A stretch of 35,577 nt of DNA. Source: Alloascoidea hylecoeti (lineage: Eukaryota). The stretch lies in assembly GCA_001600815.1 (NCBI GenBank), contig BCKZ01000010.1, positions 451,527 through 487,103 on the forward strand, written 5' to 3'. This document shows positions 10,478 to 22,319 of the stretch, piece by piece (within the stretch, counting starts at the first letter, position 1; each line of letters begins with the position of its first letter). The notes beneath the pieces are model-generated. The model made no database searches, was not told the DNA's origin, and saw only the letters and a list, made by a program, of their open reading frames with translations. The translations under genes and the position numbers were made by a program.

Positions 10478-12346
10478 ATGATTGGAAGAACAAAACTCAG
10501 GATTCCGATTAATGTTCAGACTTTTTCATTTTCTACATCTAGATATTCAAGAATAGGGGTAAAAGAAAGATTAGGAAAATTAGTTAAAGGAGATTTATCA
10601 GTTCTTGAACCAACACCAAAACTCAAAATTAGAGATCCAAATGAAAAATTAACAAATAATCAAGCTTTAAAATTATTACAAACAAAAATTAATAATATAA
10701 ATGGGAAATATAAAACGAATATAACAGATATTGCAGAAATTGATGTTAATAAAATAAAAGAAATATCACCTGCATCACCAGATCAATTAATGTTATTAAT
10801 GAATAAAGATAGAAGATTATTGTATAACTTTTTAGGAACGAGTGCTGATCAATTAAAAGATTCTTATGTTGTTGAAAGAGATACCTTAAAATTCTTAAAA
10901 AGAAATGATGTTCATAAAGCGATTTATTTGGGTCGATTAGCTGGTGTTCAAGGTGTTGTTTCTTTTAATAGAATTTTGGAACATTTATTGAAAAATGAAA
11001 GAATATCGGCTGCCCTTGCTTTATTTCAAGATATGAAAAAATGGAGATGTTTTCCAAATTCTCAAACTTATACTATCATTTTTCATGGATGTAGTAGAAA
11101 AGAACAATTATTAACTGAAAATCAAATTACTTCTATTAAGAAAATATTCACAAGTTTGGAAGAAAGTAATCGTACAAAGATAAATATTAGGCATATAAAT
11201 AGTGCTTTGGAAGCTTTATCACATACAAATAATCAATTTCATGCTTGGGAATTATTTAACCGAATTACAGATGGAGAATTTAAAGGAATTAAACCTGATG
11301 GTGCTACAAGATTCATTATGTTTAAAGCCCTTGGACAATTACAAGATCAATCAACTGCAATTGAAAAAGCTAATAAAATTTGGAAAACAACAGTTGATGA
11401 ATATAATCAATTATCAGAATCAAAAAAAAATCGTGTTAAAATCTTTGATACCTCAAATGTTATATCATATGCAAGGATTCATTTAAATGATCTTGAAATT
11501 AAAGAAAATATTAATCGATCTCTAGAAATTCTTTATTCATGGTATAATATTAGACCTGATTTACGCGAATTATTTTTACCAAAGGATCAAATCGAAATAA
11601 ATCCTCTTTGTAATAATAAAAAATACTCTGGTTTCCCTTTGGGATTATCTGCTGTTGATACAATACTTCATATTTTCATAATCTCAAATCGGTATCAAGA
11701 AGCTGTTGATTTTTTTACTCAGTTTGAAGGTGTAAATAAATTTAGCATTCTTGAATTAGATATCAATATATACAACAAATATCTACAATGTCTTGTTAAA
11801 TTACAAGATTATAAAAAAATTTCTCAACTATTAAAATCATTGTTGAAAGATCCTGAAAAACCTGATCCAAATATTAGATCGATAATTTATGCATTTAAAG
11901 GTTTTCAAAATCTAAATGATATGAAAGAAGGATTTGAAGAAATTGAAAAAATTAGATTAAAATATTTACCAATATTAACTCCAAAATTCCCAGAATATGG
12001 AAATTTATCAATACTTTATTCATACATTAATGCTATAAATGGTAAAACTTTAACAACCGAAAATTCTCAAACTGTTTTAACAATCATTAAAAAGGCAATG
12101 GAACCGTATGGAGCTTTAGATATTAAAACTATTCCTTCTAAATACGGTGCTATAAATACTAGCATTGCTAAAAAAATGAAATATATTATGCTACAAGGAA
12201 TTAAATTATGCCCAACAAATAAAGAAGGATCTTATCAGAATGGTAAGTTAAAGAAAGAATTATCTTCTAGATGTGATGAATTATCTAAAAAATTTAAGCT
12301 GAAACATTTCACTCAAACTAGTGATAATGAGTTAAAAAAGGCTTAA
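10478..12346 (+). CDS. Mitochondrial pentatricopeptide-repeat protein, MRX1-like
   Basis: Presequence-like N-terminus. PPR motifs VVSFNRILEHLLK..ALALFQDMKKWRCFPNSQTYTIIFHG, HINSALEAL..IKPD and INIYNKYLQCL. Position near ICP55 fits YER077C/MRX1 (inference). Confidence 0.8.
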   Translation: MIGRTKLRIPINVQTFSFSTSRYSRIGVKERLGKLVKGDLSVLEPTPKLKIRDPNEKLTNNQALKLLQTKINNINGKYKTNITDIAEIDVNKIKEISPASPDQLMLLMNKDRRLLYNFLGTSADQLKDSYVVERDTLKFLKRNDVHKAIYLGRLAGVQGVVSFNRILEHLLKNERISAALALFQDMKKWRCFPNSQTYTIIFHGCSRKEQLLTENQITSIKKIFTSLEESNRTKINIRHINSALEALSHTNNQFHAWELFNRITDGEFKGIKPDGATRFIMFKALGQLQDQSTAIEKANKIWKTTVDEYNQLSESKKNRVKIFDTSNVISYARIHLNDLEIKENINRSLEILYSWYNIRPDLRELFLPKDQIEINPLCNNKKYSGFPLGLSAVDTILHIFIISNRYQEAVDFFTQFEGVNKFSILELDINIYNKYLQCLVKLQDYKKISQLLKSLLKDPEKPDPNIRSIIYAFKGFQNLNDMKEGFEEIEKIRLKYLPILTPKFPEYGNLSILYSYINAINGKTLTTENSQTVLTIIKKAMEPYGALDIKTIPSKYGAINTSIAKKMKYIMLQGIKLCPTNKEGSYQNGKLKKELSSRCDELSKKFKLKHFTQTSDNELKKA

Positions 12347-12567
12347 TAATAGTACTAGAACAACCCTTGTAAATATTGGTAATATGTATAGTTATAACAT
12401 AAGCTATAAATTGTATATTTTTAAAATTTAAACGGAAATTTAATTATAAATGTAAAATATAAACATTCCTATATATCTAGAAATCATAAAATTTTATGTG
12501 TTTGTGTATATAAAAGTTAAAAAGTATTTTTTAGTATACAATTTTTTTAAAAAAATATGCTATGCAC

Positions 12568-15500
12568 TCAAGTTCTTGATCTCTTATCTTGACTTACATT
12601 TGGTCCATTTTCTGGAAGAGACCTTTTAAGACGATTAACTTGAGGTCTTGGTAAGCCGCCTCTTGGTTGCGGTAATTTTGATCCTCTATTAGCATGACTT
12701 CCTCTTATCGCTCCAGGTCTACCAGGGAGATTAGAAGAAACATTTTTATTGACCGTACCTTCTTGATTGTGGGAAATCTTAGGAGCATTCGATTGATTCA
12801 TCATTTGAGAATTAACTTGATTCATTAACTGTTGATTGTGTTGATTCATCATCTGCGAATTCACTTGATTCATTAATTGTTGATTTTGCAAATTCGGTGT
12901 TGTTGGCCGTTGACGAGGAGGACCCTGTAATCGTTGCATTTGTTGGGGCTGATTATTGTGGTTTTGATTTTGACCTAATATCACACTATGTCCTTGAGGA
13001 TTATGATTTGTAACTTGATGTACTGGTATCTGACTAGGTGAGATATTATGCCCCGTGTTAGGGTTGGGGTTAGTCCTATTTGCTGGCGATGATTGTTGTC
13101 CTCCTCCAGAGATTTGTTGTCTCAATGAATCTCGTTCTGCTTGAATCTTTTCGATTTTTCCTTGTAGTAACTTGTTCTTCATTTCAAAAGATGACGCTGC
13201 TTTAACCTTATTATTCGCATCTTCTAATTTCTTCTTCAGATCTGTAATCACATTTGAGTTCTCAGAATCACCCTTACCTGGACTTTGCTTTTCTAATTCA
13301 ATAACCTTAGCATCAAATGTTTTTTGTAAGGCTTCCTCCTTTTCTTTTAAATCAGCATCCATTTGAGCCTTGATAATAGCCACCTTTCGCTCGGCGATTT
13401 CTTTTAGTTTTGCTTCACTTGGAGCACGTAATGTCTTTTTAGCTTTCCCAACAGCCTCCTCAATTTGTTCTTCAAGTTGCTTTTTATGTTCTTCATTTGA
13501 AATAAACCCCTCACCTGGGGTTGTACCAGCTGTACCATCAGTGGAAGTTGATTTTAAAGTTGTAATTTCCAATTGGAGAGAATCTATTTGTTTTTGGTAA
13601 TTTTCTTGAAGGGCTTGTTTTTCTTTTAGATAGTTGATTTTGGCAGTCTCAACCGCTTCCGATGACGATGAGTCCCCAGCAACGTTGGATTGTGCAGCTG
13701 CTAACTTGCCTTCCAATTCACTAACTTGTGTTTCAAGTCTTGTTTTCTCTTCCTTATTCTTTTCCACTTGAGATTTTAGCTCAGAAATTTCTTTATTGTA
13801 CTTTTCGATTTGATCGTTAATAGATTCTTTATATTTTGAATGTGATTCATTTGCTTGTGCTAGCTCTTCTGATAAATTCTTGTAATCATCCCTTAGCTTT
13901 TTACTCTCATCTCTTCTAGATTTTAACTTTTGAATAGATTCATTCTTTAAATTTTCAAATCTAGTCTGTAATGTGATCAATTCGGCTTTAGTAGTTTCAT
14001 ATTCTGTTGCATTTCCAGCGACAGCTCCTGCCTTAGCTTGTAATTCTTCGATTTGTTTTGTTTTACTTTCAAGTGCTTTCGTATGAACTGCAACTAAAGT
14101 TTCTTTCTGATTCTTTAATGTTTCAGACAACTTCTCTAATTCTGACTTTTGACTAGTCAATTCCTCAATATTCTTTTCTAATTCTTCTACCTTTAATTTA
14201 CAAGCATTGAACTCAGCAGGATCAACCCGGTCATATTTTTGCATAATTGATTGTGCACGACTTTTCCATCTATCTTTATCTTGTTCAAGCAGTGTTATTG
14301 TATTGATTTTTAATTCAAGCTCAGCTTTAACATCCGAAAGTTCACCTATTACCAAGGGAGGAAAAATGTTAGTTGTCACACTTTTGAAAAAAAAATAAAA
14401 AATAAAAAATAACAAAATTACTTACTCTTCAATGGCTCTATTGCTGTTTGTAGTCGATCAATTTCTTTTGTCAGCTCAACCAGTCTTTTTCCTTTATGTT
14501 CATTTTCAGTTCTCAATGATCCATTACTTTCTCTTAAGATATTCAATTGATTGATTTTCTCAAGAAGTTCCTCATGAGCAGCATTCTGGCGAAGAGTGTC
14601 ATCCCCTCTTTGTCTTTCCTTTACCAACTCCATTCTGGTTTCTTCGAGTGTTGAAGTTGTATGGTCTAATCGTTGTTTTAAGCGTTTTGCTTCTTGGACA
14701 GAAACTTCAAGTTGTGTATCAACAATTTCCTTTTCACGACGTAAGAATCGAATGATATCTCTAAATTCTTCGGTTGATCCATCTATTGTGTCAGCTGCTG
14801 GGGTGAAACTGTCGGATTTGTTTGCATCTTTATTGTTATTGGCAGTTAATATTTCAAGTTGATTGTGTAAGAGTTGATTTTGTGAAACTAAATCTTCAGC
14901 CCTATTTTTCAAGTTGGAGATTTCTTCGTTAAGTGCAGATTTCTGAGAATCCCAACTTGATTGACTTGACTGAAGAATACTTTCAGCTCTAGTTGCATTA
15001 TTTCTTGTCTCTTGTAACTCTTCCTTAAACTTATTATATTCTGCCTTCAGTTCCTGGTACTGTTTACTACTATTGGCATGCTTCATTAATTCTTCTTGGT
15101 AATTTATTTCGGCTTGTTTAGAAATTTCGGCTTGGCGACCAAGATCACTTCTTAACCCTTCATTATTTTGATTCAATTTTGATACTTCACTAGACAAATT
15201 TGTGTTCTCGCTTATCAGATTATTTCTTTCTTTTTGTAAAGCTTCAATAGATGAACCTGATTGTCGCTGAGTTTCTTTCAATTTCTTATTCACAGCTTCC
15301 AACTCTTCATTAAGATAACTTAATCGACTCTCTGCTTCCTTCAGTTTACCTTCTGTAGTCAATTTATATTCATCAAACGATTCCGTCATACTTTGTAATG
15401 CTTCTTCGGCAGTACTTGCAATATTTTTAAATTCCTCCACATTTTTATTACCGCTCTCAATCTGACTTCTTGAAGATTCAAGTTCAATATTAAGAACTTT

Positions 15501-18500
15501 AATTTGATCACGCAGCGCTGTTTCATCAACGGTAGATGTGGTTTCTTCTTGTTGTTTTTCTAGAGCAGCTAACTGTTGTGAAGTTACCTTTAACTCCCCG
15601 GTCTTTGATTGAAGTTGTTCCTGTAAGCTACCAATTGACTCCTGAAACTTCTCTAATTGATTTGTTAGATTATTAATCTTATCTTGCGATGCCTTATCTT
15701 CAAAATCTTTTCGTAGTTGTAAAGCACGTAATTCTAAAGTTTGATCTTCTAAACGTTTCTTTGATGATTTTAATTCAGATTGAATAGATTCAATTTCATT
15801 CTCTAACCGACGTTGACGTTCAGATTCAGACCGTTCACGATCAGTTTGAATATTTTGTAAGTTTATCACGAGTGAATTCAACCTAGTTCTTTCTTCAGTT
15901 AATGATTTATTATCTTCATTTAATCTCTTTTCAACCGAATTCCAAAGTGATTTCTCTGCTCTTAAGTTCATAATTTCAGATTTTAAAGATTCACTTGTTG
16001 ATTTAGCATCAACTAAATCTTCTGCAACTTGTTGTGTTCTAATATCTTGTTTTGATAAAGTATTTTGAAGTTCATTATTTCTCTTTTGTAGTTCTTCATT
16101 TTCAGATTTTGAATACCTAATATTCTCCAACAAATTTTTATATCTTTCATCAAATAATTCTAATTGGCTTTGTGCACGAGCTAATTGAACACTGATTGAA
16201 GATTTGTCATTTGAAAGTTGATCAATTTGATCGTTTAATGTCTTAATTGTAATATTGGTCTCGTTTCTAAATGCTTCATATGAAGATTCAACCTCTTGTA
16301 ATTTAGTCTCGATTTCTTTATTAGTTTCTAATAGTTGTTGTTCATGTTCATTAGAAGAAAGAGATTGGGCATTACCGGTATTACTAGCTCCATGGGAGGA
16401 AAGTAATTCTCTAAACATATCCCGTTCCCTCCTCATGGCCTCGGACTTGGTTTGAAGGCTAGAGAGCTCTTCTTGAAGTGTGATGATTGCCTCCTTAGCC
16501 TCAGATACAGCTAAAGTTTCCAAATCTTCAATTTTTTGTTGAGATTGAGACTCATTATTTTCCATTTCTCTACCCAACTGTCTTGTAATTTTTAATAATT
16601 CTTGATTTTTCTTCTGTAAATCAACAACATTCTTAAAAACAACCAATCTTTGAGATATAAGACGATCTGTATCTGATTCATGTTGCTCTTCCAAAGTGCC
16701 ATCTAAAGCTTTTTGTAAAGCATACCTTTCTTCAGAAGATAATGGACCTTCATCATCATCTCTAATTTCAATCTGAATTAATAATTGTTGAACTTGTCTA
16801 CCCAAATCATTAACTTGTTTATTTAAGATCGTAATTTCCAAACTTTTATCTTTAACAAGTAATTCATTATTTCTAACTTGAGAGAATAATGCATCTTTAT
16901 CATTATTACTGTTTTCTAATAAGACACTCATTTCAGCTAATTGCTCCTCTAAAAATTCAGCGCGTTCTTTTGTTGCTTGAATGACAGGTGCTTTAGACTC
17001 CAACTCTTCAATAAATGTATCAATCTGCTGCTGCATGAGTTCCTTGGTTTTACGCTCCTGTTCTAATTGTTTTTGCATGACAATGAAATCTGAATATAAT
17101 TGACTAAGACTAAGTGAGCCTTTTTGTTTAGAAATGATAGCTTTTGCTGAAGGCGACAATATACCAAGAGTTGTTGAACCATATCTAGATGGAGTAGAAG
17201 GAGTAGGTGTGCCATGTATTGACATTTCACCATCACCATTTGGTTCTTCTGATGCGACAGCCAATTCCTCAATAGTATTCTCCAATTCAGATATTCTTGC
17301 TTTTTGTTCAATATTTAAAGATTTATATTTATCAACTTCATGTTTCAAANATGCTTGTTCATCGATAATTGAATTTCTAATATTTTCCAAATTATTTTCA
17401 AGCTGTTCTATTCTATCTCTTCTTTCTTCAGCAGATACTTTATATAAATTAACAAGTCTATCTTTAGCAGACATTTCTTTTGCAAAATCTTCNTGATAAC
17501 TAGATTTTTCATCTTGTAATCTTTTAATACTCATTAATGATTGATCTAAATCTTGGCAAGATTTTTCAAATCTCGATTTTAGGATATCATTAGAACTGGT
17601 GAGGGTAGCCAATTCAGATCTTGATGATTCTAATTCAGACTGTAAAGTACCCATTAATGATATTTTTTCTTTTCTGTAAGAACTAAATTCTTGAGTTTTA
17701 TTTGTTAATTCAGTATTTAGCCAATCATTACTTTTTTTGGTCATTTCTAATTCTGTTTCAAGTTGTTGAGCACGAAATTTTGAAGTAATAAAAGAAGATC
17801 GTTCTTGTTGTGCTTGATTTTCTAAATCACTAATTAATTTCCTATTCTCTGATTGATTTTTATGAAGTTGATCAATTTCTTGTTTCAAAGAAAAAATTTC
17901 AGAATTTTTCTTTTCAAGTAATTCTAATGTTTGTCTCTTTTCAGCATTTAATTGAGTTATTTTTTGATTAAATATTTTACCTTCACCAGTATTAGTTGAA
18001 GAAGATTCAGAGTTTTTTTGAACTTTTTCTAAAAGTTTTTCTTTATCTGATTCAAGAGTTTTGATTAATTCTTTTAATTGTTCAGCTTCTTGTTTTGTAG
18101 ATTTTAATCGGAAATTAATAGCAGAAATACGGGTACTAGCAGTATGTGATATTTGTCCATTCGTTACTTCAAGTCTTAATTTTTCCGTTTTTAAATTTTC
18201 TAATTCATTTGCTCGAAGTGTAATACTATCCAAGATCTCCTTTGGAAGATTTGAGACAATTTGAATGGAGCATGATAAAAAAGAAGAAAGATAATTGGGG
18301 TCTGGCTCATCGATTGTCTGTTCTTTATTAATATCTTTAGCTTGAAGAGGGGTTCTTTTCAAGACTGGTTGTCGAGCTTCATTGGTAGGAAGTGGAGACG
18401 ATGGGTCTTGATGAACAGAAATTGATGTTTTTGGTGACCTAGGTACCAAAATGACTTCCGGGTCATCATTTCCATTTTTAAAAGGCTGTTGTTGTTGATT

Positions 18501-18830
18501 GGGTTCTAGGGGATCTTTAAAATTTTCAGTTAGGTCTTCGCTCGTGTATTGTTTATCTAAATGAGCAGGACTATCATTAGCATCTGTCATAGACACATCT
18601 TGAGTATAGGAGTCATCCGCCACAGGCTCAACCCCTTTAGTTACTTCAACTCTAGTGCTTTCTTCATTAGATACAGGGGAAGTGGACGAAATTTCCTTCG
18701 AGGTTTCTATTTCTTCATTATTAGGACTCTCTGAAGAGATGACAACTTCCTCTGTTGATGGAACGTCTTTCGAAAAAGACTCATCATTATCGTTTTCAGT
18801 CATCGCGATCACACTCAGCACTGGATGCAA
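12568..18830 (-). CDS. MLP1: Nuclear basket coiled-coil protein Mlp1/TPR; exons 18830-14426 and 14345-12568
   Basis: TPR/Mlp motifs WLNTEL, SLSQLYSD, FIEELESKAP, LISQRLVVFKNVVDLQKKNQELL, NYQEELMKHA, IIRFLRREKEI, LNILRESN and RWKSRAQSIMQKYDRVDP. Intron GTAAGT(14425)..AACTAAC..TAG(14346) joins the ORFs in frame (PLK/SELSDV). The start may be 18803 (MTEND). Two N bases occur at 17350 and 17493. Confidence 0.93.
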
Positions 18831-19661
18831 AAAGTACTATGAAAGATAATACTAAAAATACAATTGAAAGGGGTAACGATGAAGAGATTTAACAGAGGAT
18901 GTTATCTTTAAAAATTGAGTGGTGAAGACGCGAATTCCGGGTAACAATAAATGAGTACATTTTAAACTTGCTTTTATTCTGCTAATATACACTTGAGCCG
19001 ATTTGAATTGTCACCGAGTGAAAATATTCAAATATTAATATTACCAAAGTCAATACCCTTCTAGCTGAAAGTAAGGTGTAGTGTTTCGTCAGTGAAGGGT
19101 AATGGGACAAAACATGCTTCTCGGTCACCCCAAACTGTTGCCATGTGCCAGTACTATGTAGTTGGGTTCAAACCATGGTCGAAATGCTCGCAATCTATAG
19201 GTGTATAAGCCACGCATCGGCCAAAATATCTGGGTTGGAGACCGCTAATGCAGCCTGCTCGACCTCTGGGAGAATTGTGTGTGCTCGCTTTTAACTCCCC
19301 ATAAATACTTTCTTTCTATTTTTTTTACTCCTTTTCGTTTGAATTTTTCTTTTTCTTTTTTCTTGAAGCTGTAAATTATAAGATTTATGATGATTATTGA
19401 CTGTCTATAGCTACAGGTATTTGGCTTGGATTGGGTATGAGCTTGTCTCGCCTCGATGCTCGCCGGAATTCCAAATTTGTGTTCGAATGTTCCGCGATGC
19501 GCAGCCTACTACAGTTCCAATGTCACTCAACAGCCCATAGACTCCATGCTACGAGTCTATAGTATAACGGTGGGGTTCTGGTCCCAAAATGTTTCCCTCA
19601 GAATACGTGAAACTTTTGATAAACTTTATTTGTGAATATATCTTTTTTGGGCCATTCGAAA

Positions 19662-20410
19662 TAAATGACCTGGCCTGGCTTGACTACGGAGAAAAAGTAA
19701 TATCTCGTACGTGTCGGATCAGATCATTCCTATGTTAAAATTGGTAGAATTGTACAAGCCGCCAAAGTTATCTTCGGGATATCGTAGGGGTGTGATAAGA
19801 TAATTAGAAAAAGGTCCTATGATGCGATATTCTGCTACGGAGAAGTTTCAGGGAAAGACATACTTAGAGGCTTCTAACAAAAATGTGGTATTACGGGTAG
19901 CAATACCTTTTATTCAAGATTTTGAAGCTAGTATAATATAGGACAGTTCCCCAATTTATGTATCAAAAAAGCAGGAGGGAAATCAAATGGAACAACTATG
20001 CTCCTGGACAAGCATAGTTGTTCCCGACATAAATCCCATTGAAACCCGCTTAGCACAATCCCCCAAAGTGACCAGATAAAAATTATAAAGACTTATACAA
20101 AATGAAAGCTGAACTTAATAAGGTCAAGAATCGTGTTTCAGTTATATTCTCAGAATTATGGGAACAGTTAGATCAATCACGTCTTGACCACTCCTCGAAT
20201 ACTTATCGCATTCATGCAATGCGACTAAAACTAATAGTAGAACTAAAAGGAAGGAATAGTAACTTTTAAAATTGCATTAAGTTATGTTTAGACAGGTTAT
20301 GAAACGTTGTTATTTATATTTTATTTGGTAATAATTCCTTGAGAATTGTCTTTTAATCAAGATTATATGTTAATACATTTTATGTTTTCCAGAAACAGAA
20401 AGGCCCAGTG
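19662..20410 (+). mobile_element. Degenerate Tc1/mariner DDE transposase relic (left copy)
   Basis: One frame from 19891 reads LRVAIPFIQDFEASII*DSSPIYVSK...WTSIVVPDINPIE (D at 19942, E at 20041; compare FQQDNAP.H and WP..SPDLNPIE). Upstream SDQ lies at 19714-19722. Downstream ELWEQLD...MRLKLIVELKGRNSNF* resembles Tc1 C-termini. A possible end is GGCCCAGTG-TA at 20402-20412. Confidence 0.75.
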
Positions 20411-20477
20411 TATAGTAGATAAACGTTAACAGATATTGGGTTACATTTTTGTTTTACTAAGAAACAAACATACCAAG

Positions 20478-20975
20478 TTATAAACATAAAATCTTGATTA
20501 AAGGGGAAATTCTCAAGTAAATATTACCAAATAAAATATAAATAAATTTCCCTAACCTTTTGAAGTATAATTGGAGACAATTCTAGCTGTCTTTTGTCTG
20601 GTCGCTTTTGAGATTATGCCTGACGGGTTTCAATGTGGGCTTGGACCAACACAGCTGTTCCATCCTGTTGAAAAATAATACTTTTAAAAGTTTGAATAAA
20701 AAGTATTTCTACCCGTTAAAATACTTTTAAGCTTCACTAAAACCTCTTCGTATTATGTATAAACGAATATCGCGTCTTTTTTCTCGAACTTTTTTGTAAT
20801 TCCTTTACTAGACCCATACGATTTGGAAGATAACTTTGACCTTACTTGAGTTGGGCTGGTATACTCTAAGGTGGCGGTGACTTCATTACAAAAGGGGGTC
20901 CAACATAGGTGTGACCTGATCCAACCAAATGACCGATATATTACCTTTGCTCTGTAGTAGACCATGTCAGTCATA
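20478..20975 (-). mobile_element. Degenerate Tc1/mariner transposase relic (right copy, inverted relative to the left)
   Basis: The minus strand aligns block-wise with 19662-20375. It reads VIWLDQ (~20930-20915; compare VIWSDE) and FIQTFKSIIFQQDG (~20700-20660). It lacks ~190 bp present in the left copy. Confidence 0.75.
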
Positions 20976-21005
20976 TTTTTTTATTAGTCAAAAATGAGTA
21001 CATAC

Positions 21006-21222
21006 ATTTTAATGAACTTTGCAGAAATCTCAATCTCCTTTGATACTAAATTTATAGATATCAGTTGTTACAAGGTTGAACATTTTGGGGGTTGTTCAAA
21101 ATGTTGGCTCTACTCTTAGACCAAAAACATAATATACTGAGTTATCTATTCAAAATATCCTATGTAGCGAAAATAAGATCCGATAGAAACATTACAAAGA
21201 TCTTATTCGGGAACTTTTGTAT
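21006..21222. repeat. Dispersed repeat, blocks A (21006-21113) and B (21119-21222), both also found near 35 kb
   Basis: A matches 35112-35223 in direct orientation (CAGAAATCTCAATCT, AAATTTATAGATATCAGT, AACATTTTGGGGG, TTCAAAATGTTGGCTCTAC). B matches the reverse complement of 34944-35062 (GACCAAAA..ACTGA..TCTATTCAAAAT..AAATAAGA..TCCGA). Confidence 0.8.
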
Positions 21223-21464
21223 GCTTTCAGGTGAGATTAAGTATTCAACACAACTTTTGACACGGAAGAGGAAGGTAGTCAAATTGATTATAAATGCAAA
21301 TAGGCCCACTTTTAAAATATTGTGGTTAGGAATCAGCCCGAAGATAAGAGAGAGGGTATTATGTGCGGTTCGATGAAGCTACAAGGTTAAGATGAGTATG
21401 GATAATCAAAGCAAGAAATGAAAGAGTTTCATAATTGTTAAAAGTTTCATAGATTTAAATGTGT

Positions 21465-22298
21465 TTAATATGCTTTGTTTGCGAATTCTATCATGGGTTT
21501 TGCTATCTTTGAATACTGAGCAATAAATCTTCTATAATAGTTTGCTATTCCTAAGAATGATTGTGCTTCTTTATCATTTTTGGGTACCGGCCATTCCCTA
21601 ATGGTGGCTACTTTCTTATTATCCGGCATGATCCCATTACTTGTGATCTTATGTCCTAAAAAGTCTAATTCTTTCAACATAAATGCACATTTTTTCTTCT
21701 TTGCTCTAAGTTTGTTAGCTCTAAGTTTCTCCAATACCAGTTTGACATGTTTTTCATGCTCTTTCTCGTTCTTTGAGTATATTAAAATGTCATCTAAATA
21801 TACTATCACAAACTTGCCCTTAAAATCTGCTAAAACATCATTCATAACGTACTGAAAGGTGGCCGGGGCATTGGTTAACCCAAACGGCATTACATTCCAT
21901 TCAAAATGTCCATCTTTCGTTGTGAATCCTGTTTTCGCCCTATCTGATTCCTTTATAACAATTTGGTGATAGCCAGATATCAAGTCTAACTTCGAGAATA
22001 CTTTAGCACCATGTAATTGATCTAACAAGTCATTGATTACCGGTAAAGGATACCTATTCTTAATCGTTTGGTTGTTTAGAAGTCTATAATCAACACATAA
22101 CCTCATACTACCATCTTTTTTCTTCACAAATAACACTGGTGCCGAATATGGGGATTGTGACCTAGATATTGACCCATTCTCCAACAGTTCTTTTAACTGT
22201 CGTTGTAGTTCTTCATTATCTTTATATGACATTCTATAGGGAGCTCTAGCCGGTGGTTTAGACCCTCCCATTCTCTCTATGTTATGATAACACTGGTG
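21465..22298 (-). pseudogene. Ty3/gypsy reverse-transcriptase fragment (left arm)
   Basis: Motifs PYRMS, SPYSAPVLFVKKKDGSMRLCVDYRLLN, FSKLDLISGYHQI, VMPFGLTNAPATFQ, VYLDDILIYS, FLGH and QSFLGIANYYRRFI. It is truncated after EFANK. No gag, protease, RNase H, integrase or LTR is recognisable. Confidence 0.95.
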
Positions 22299-22319
22299 CC
22301 GAATATGGGGATTGTGACC

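Noticed and set aside
14346..14425. MLP1 split into two genes or a pseudogene (likewise HOP1, ICP55, NMD5)
   Set aside because: Each break is bridged in frame by a GT..CTAAY..AG intron.
13172..18849. Small + strand and alternative-frame ORFs inside MLP1
   Set aside because: Antisense or frame shadows of a coiled-coil gene.
20753..21376. ORFs 20753..20974 and 21092..21376 as genes
   Set aside because: They are chance frames across the Tc1 relic, the dispersed repeat and the palindrome flank.
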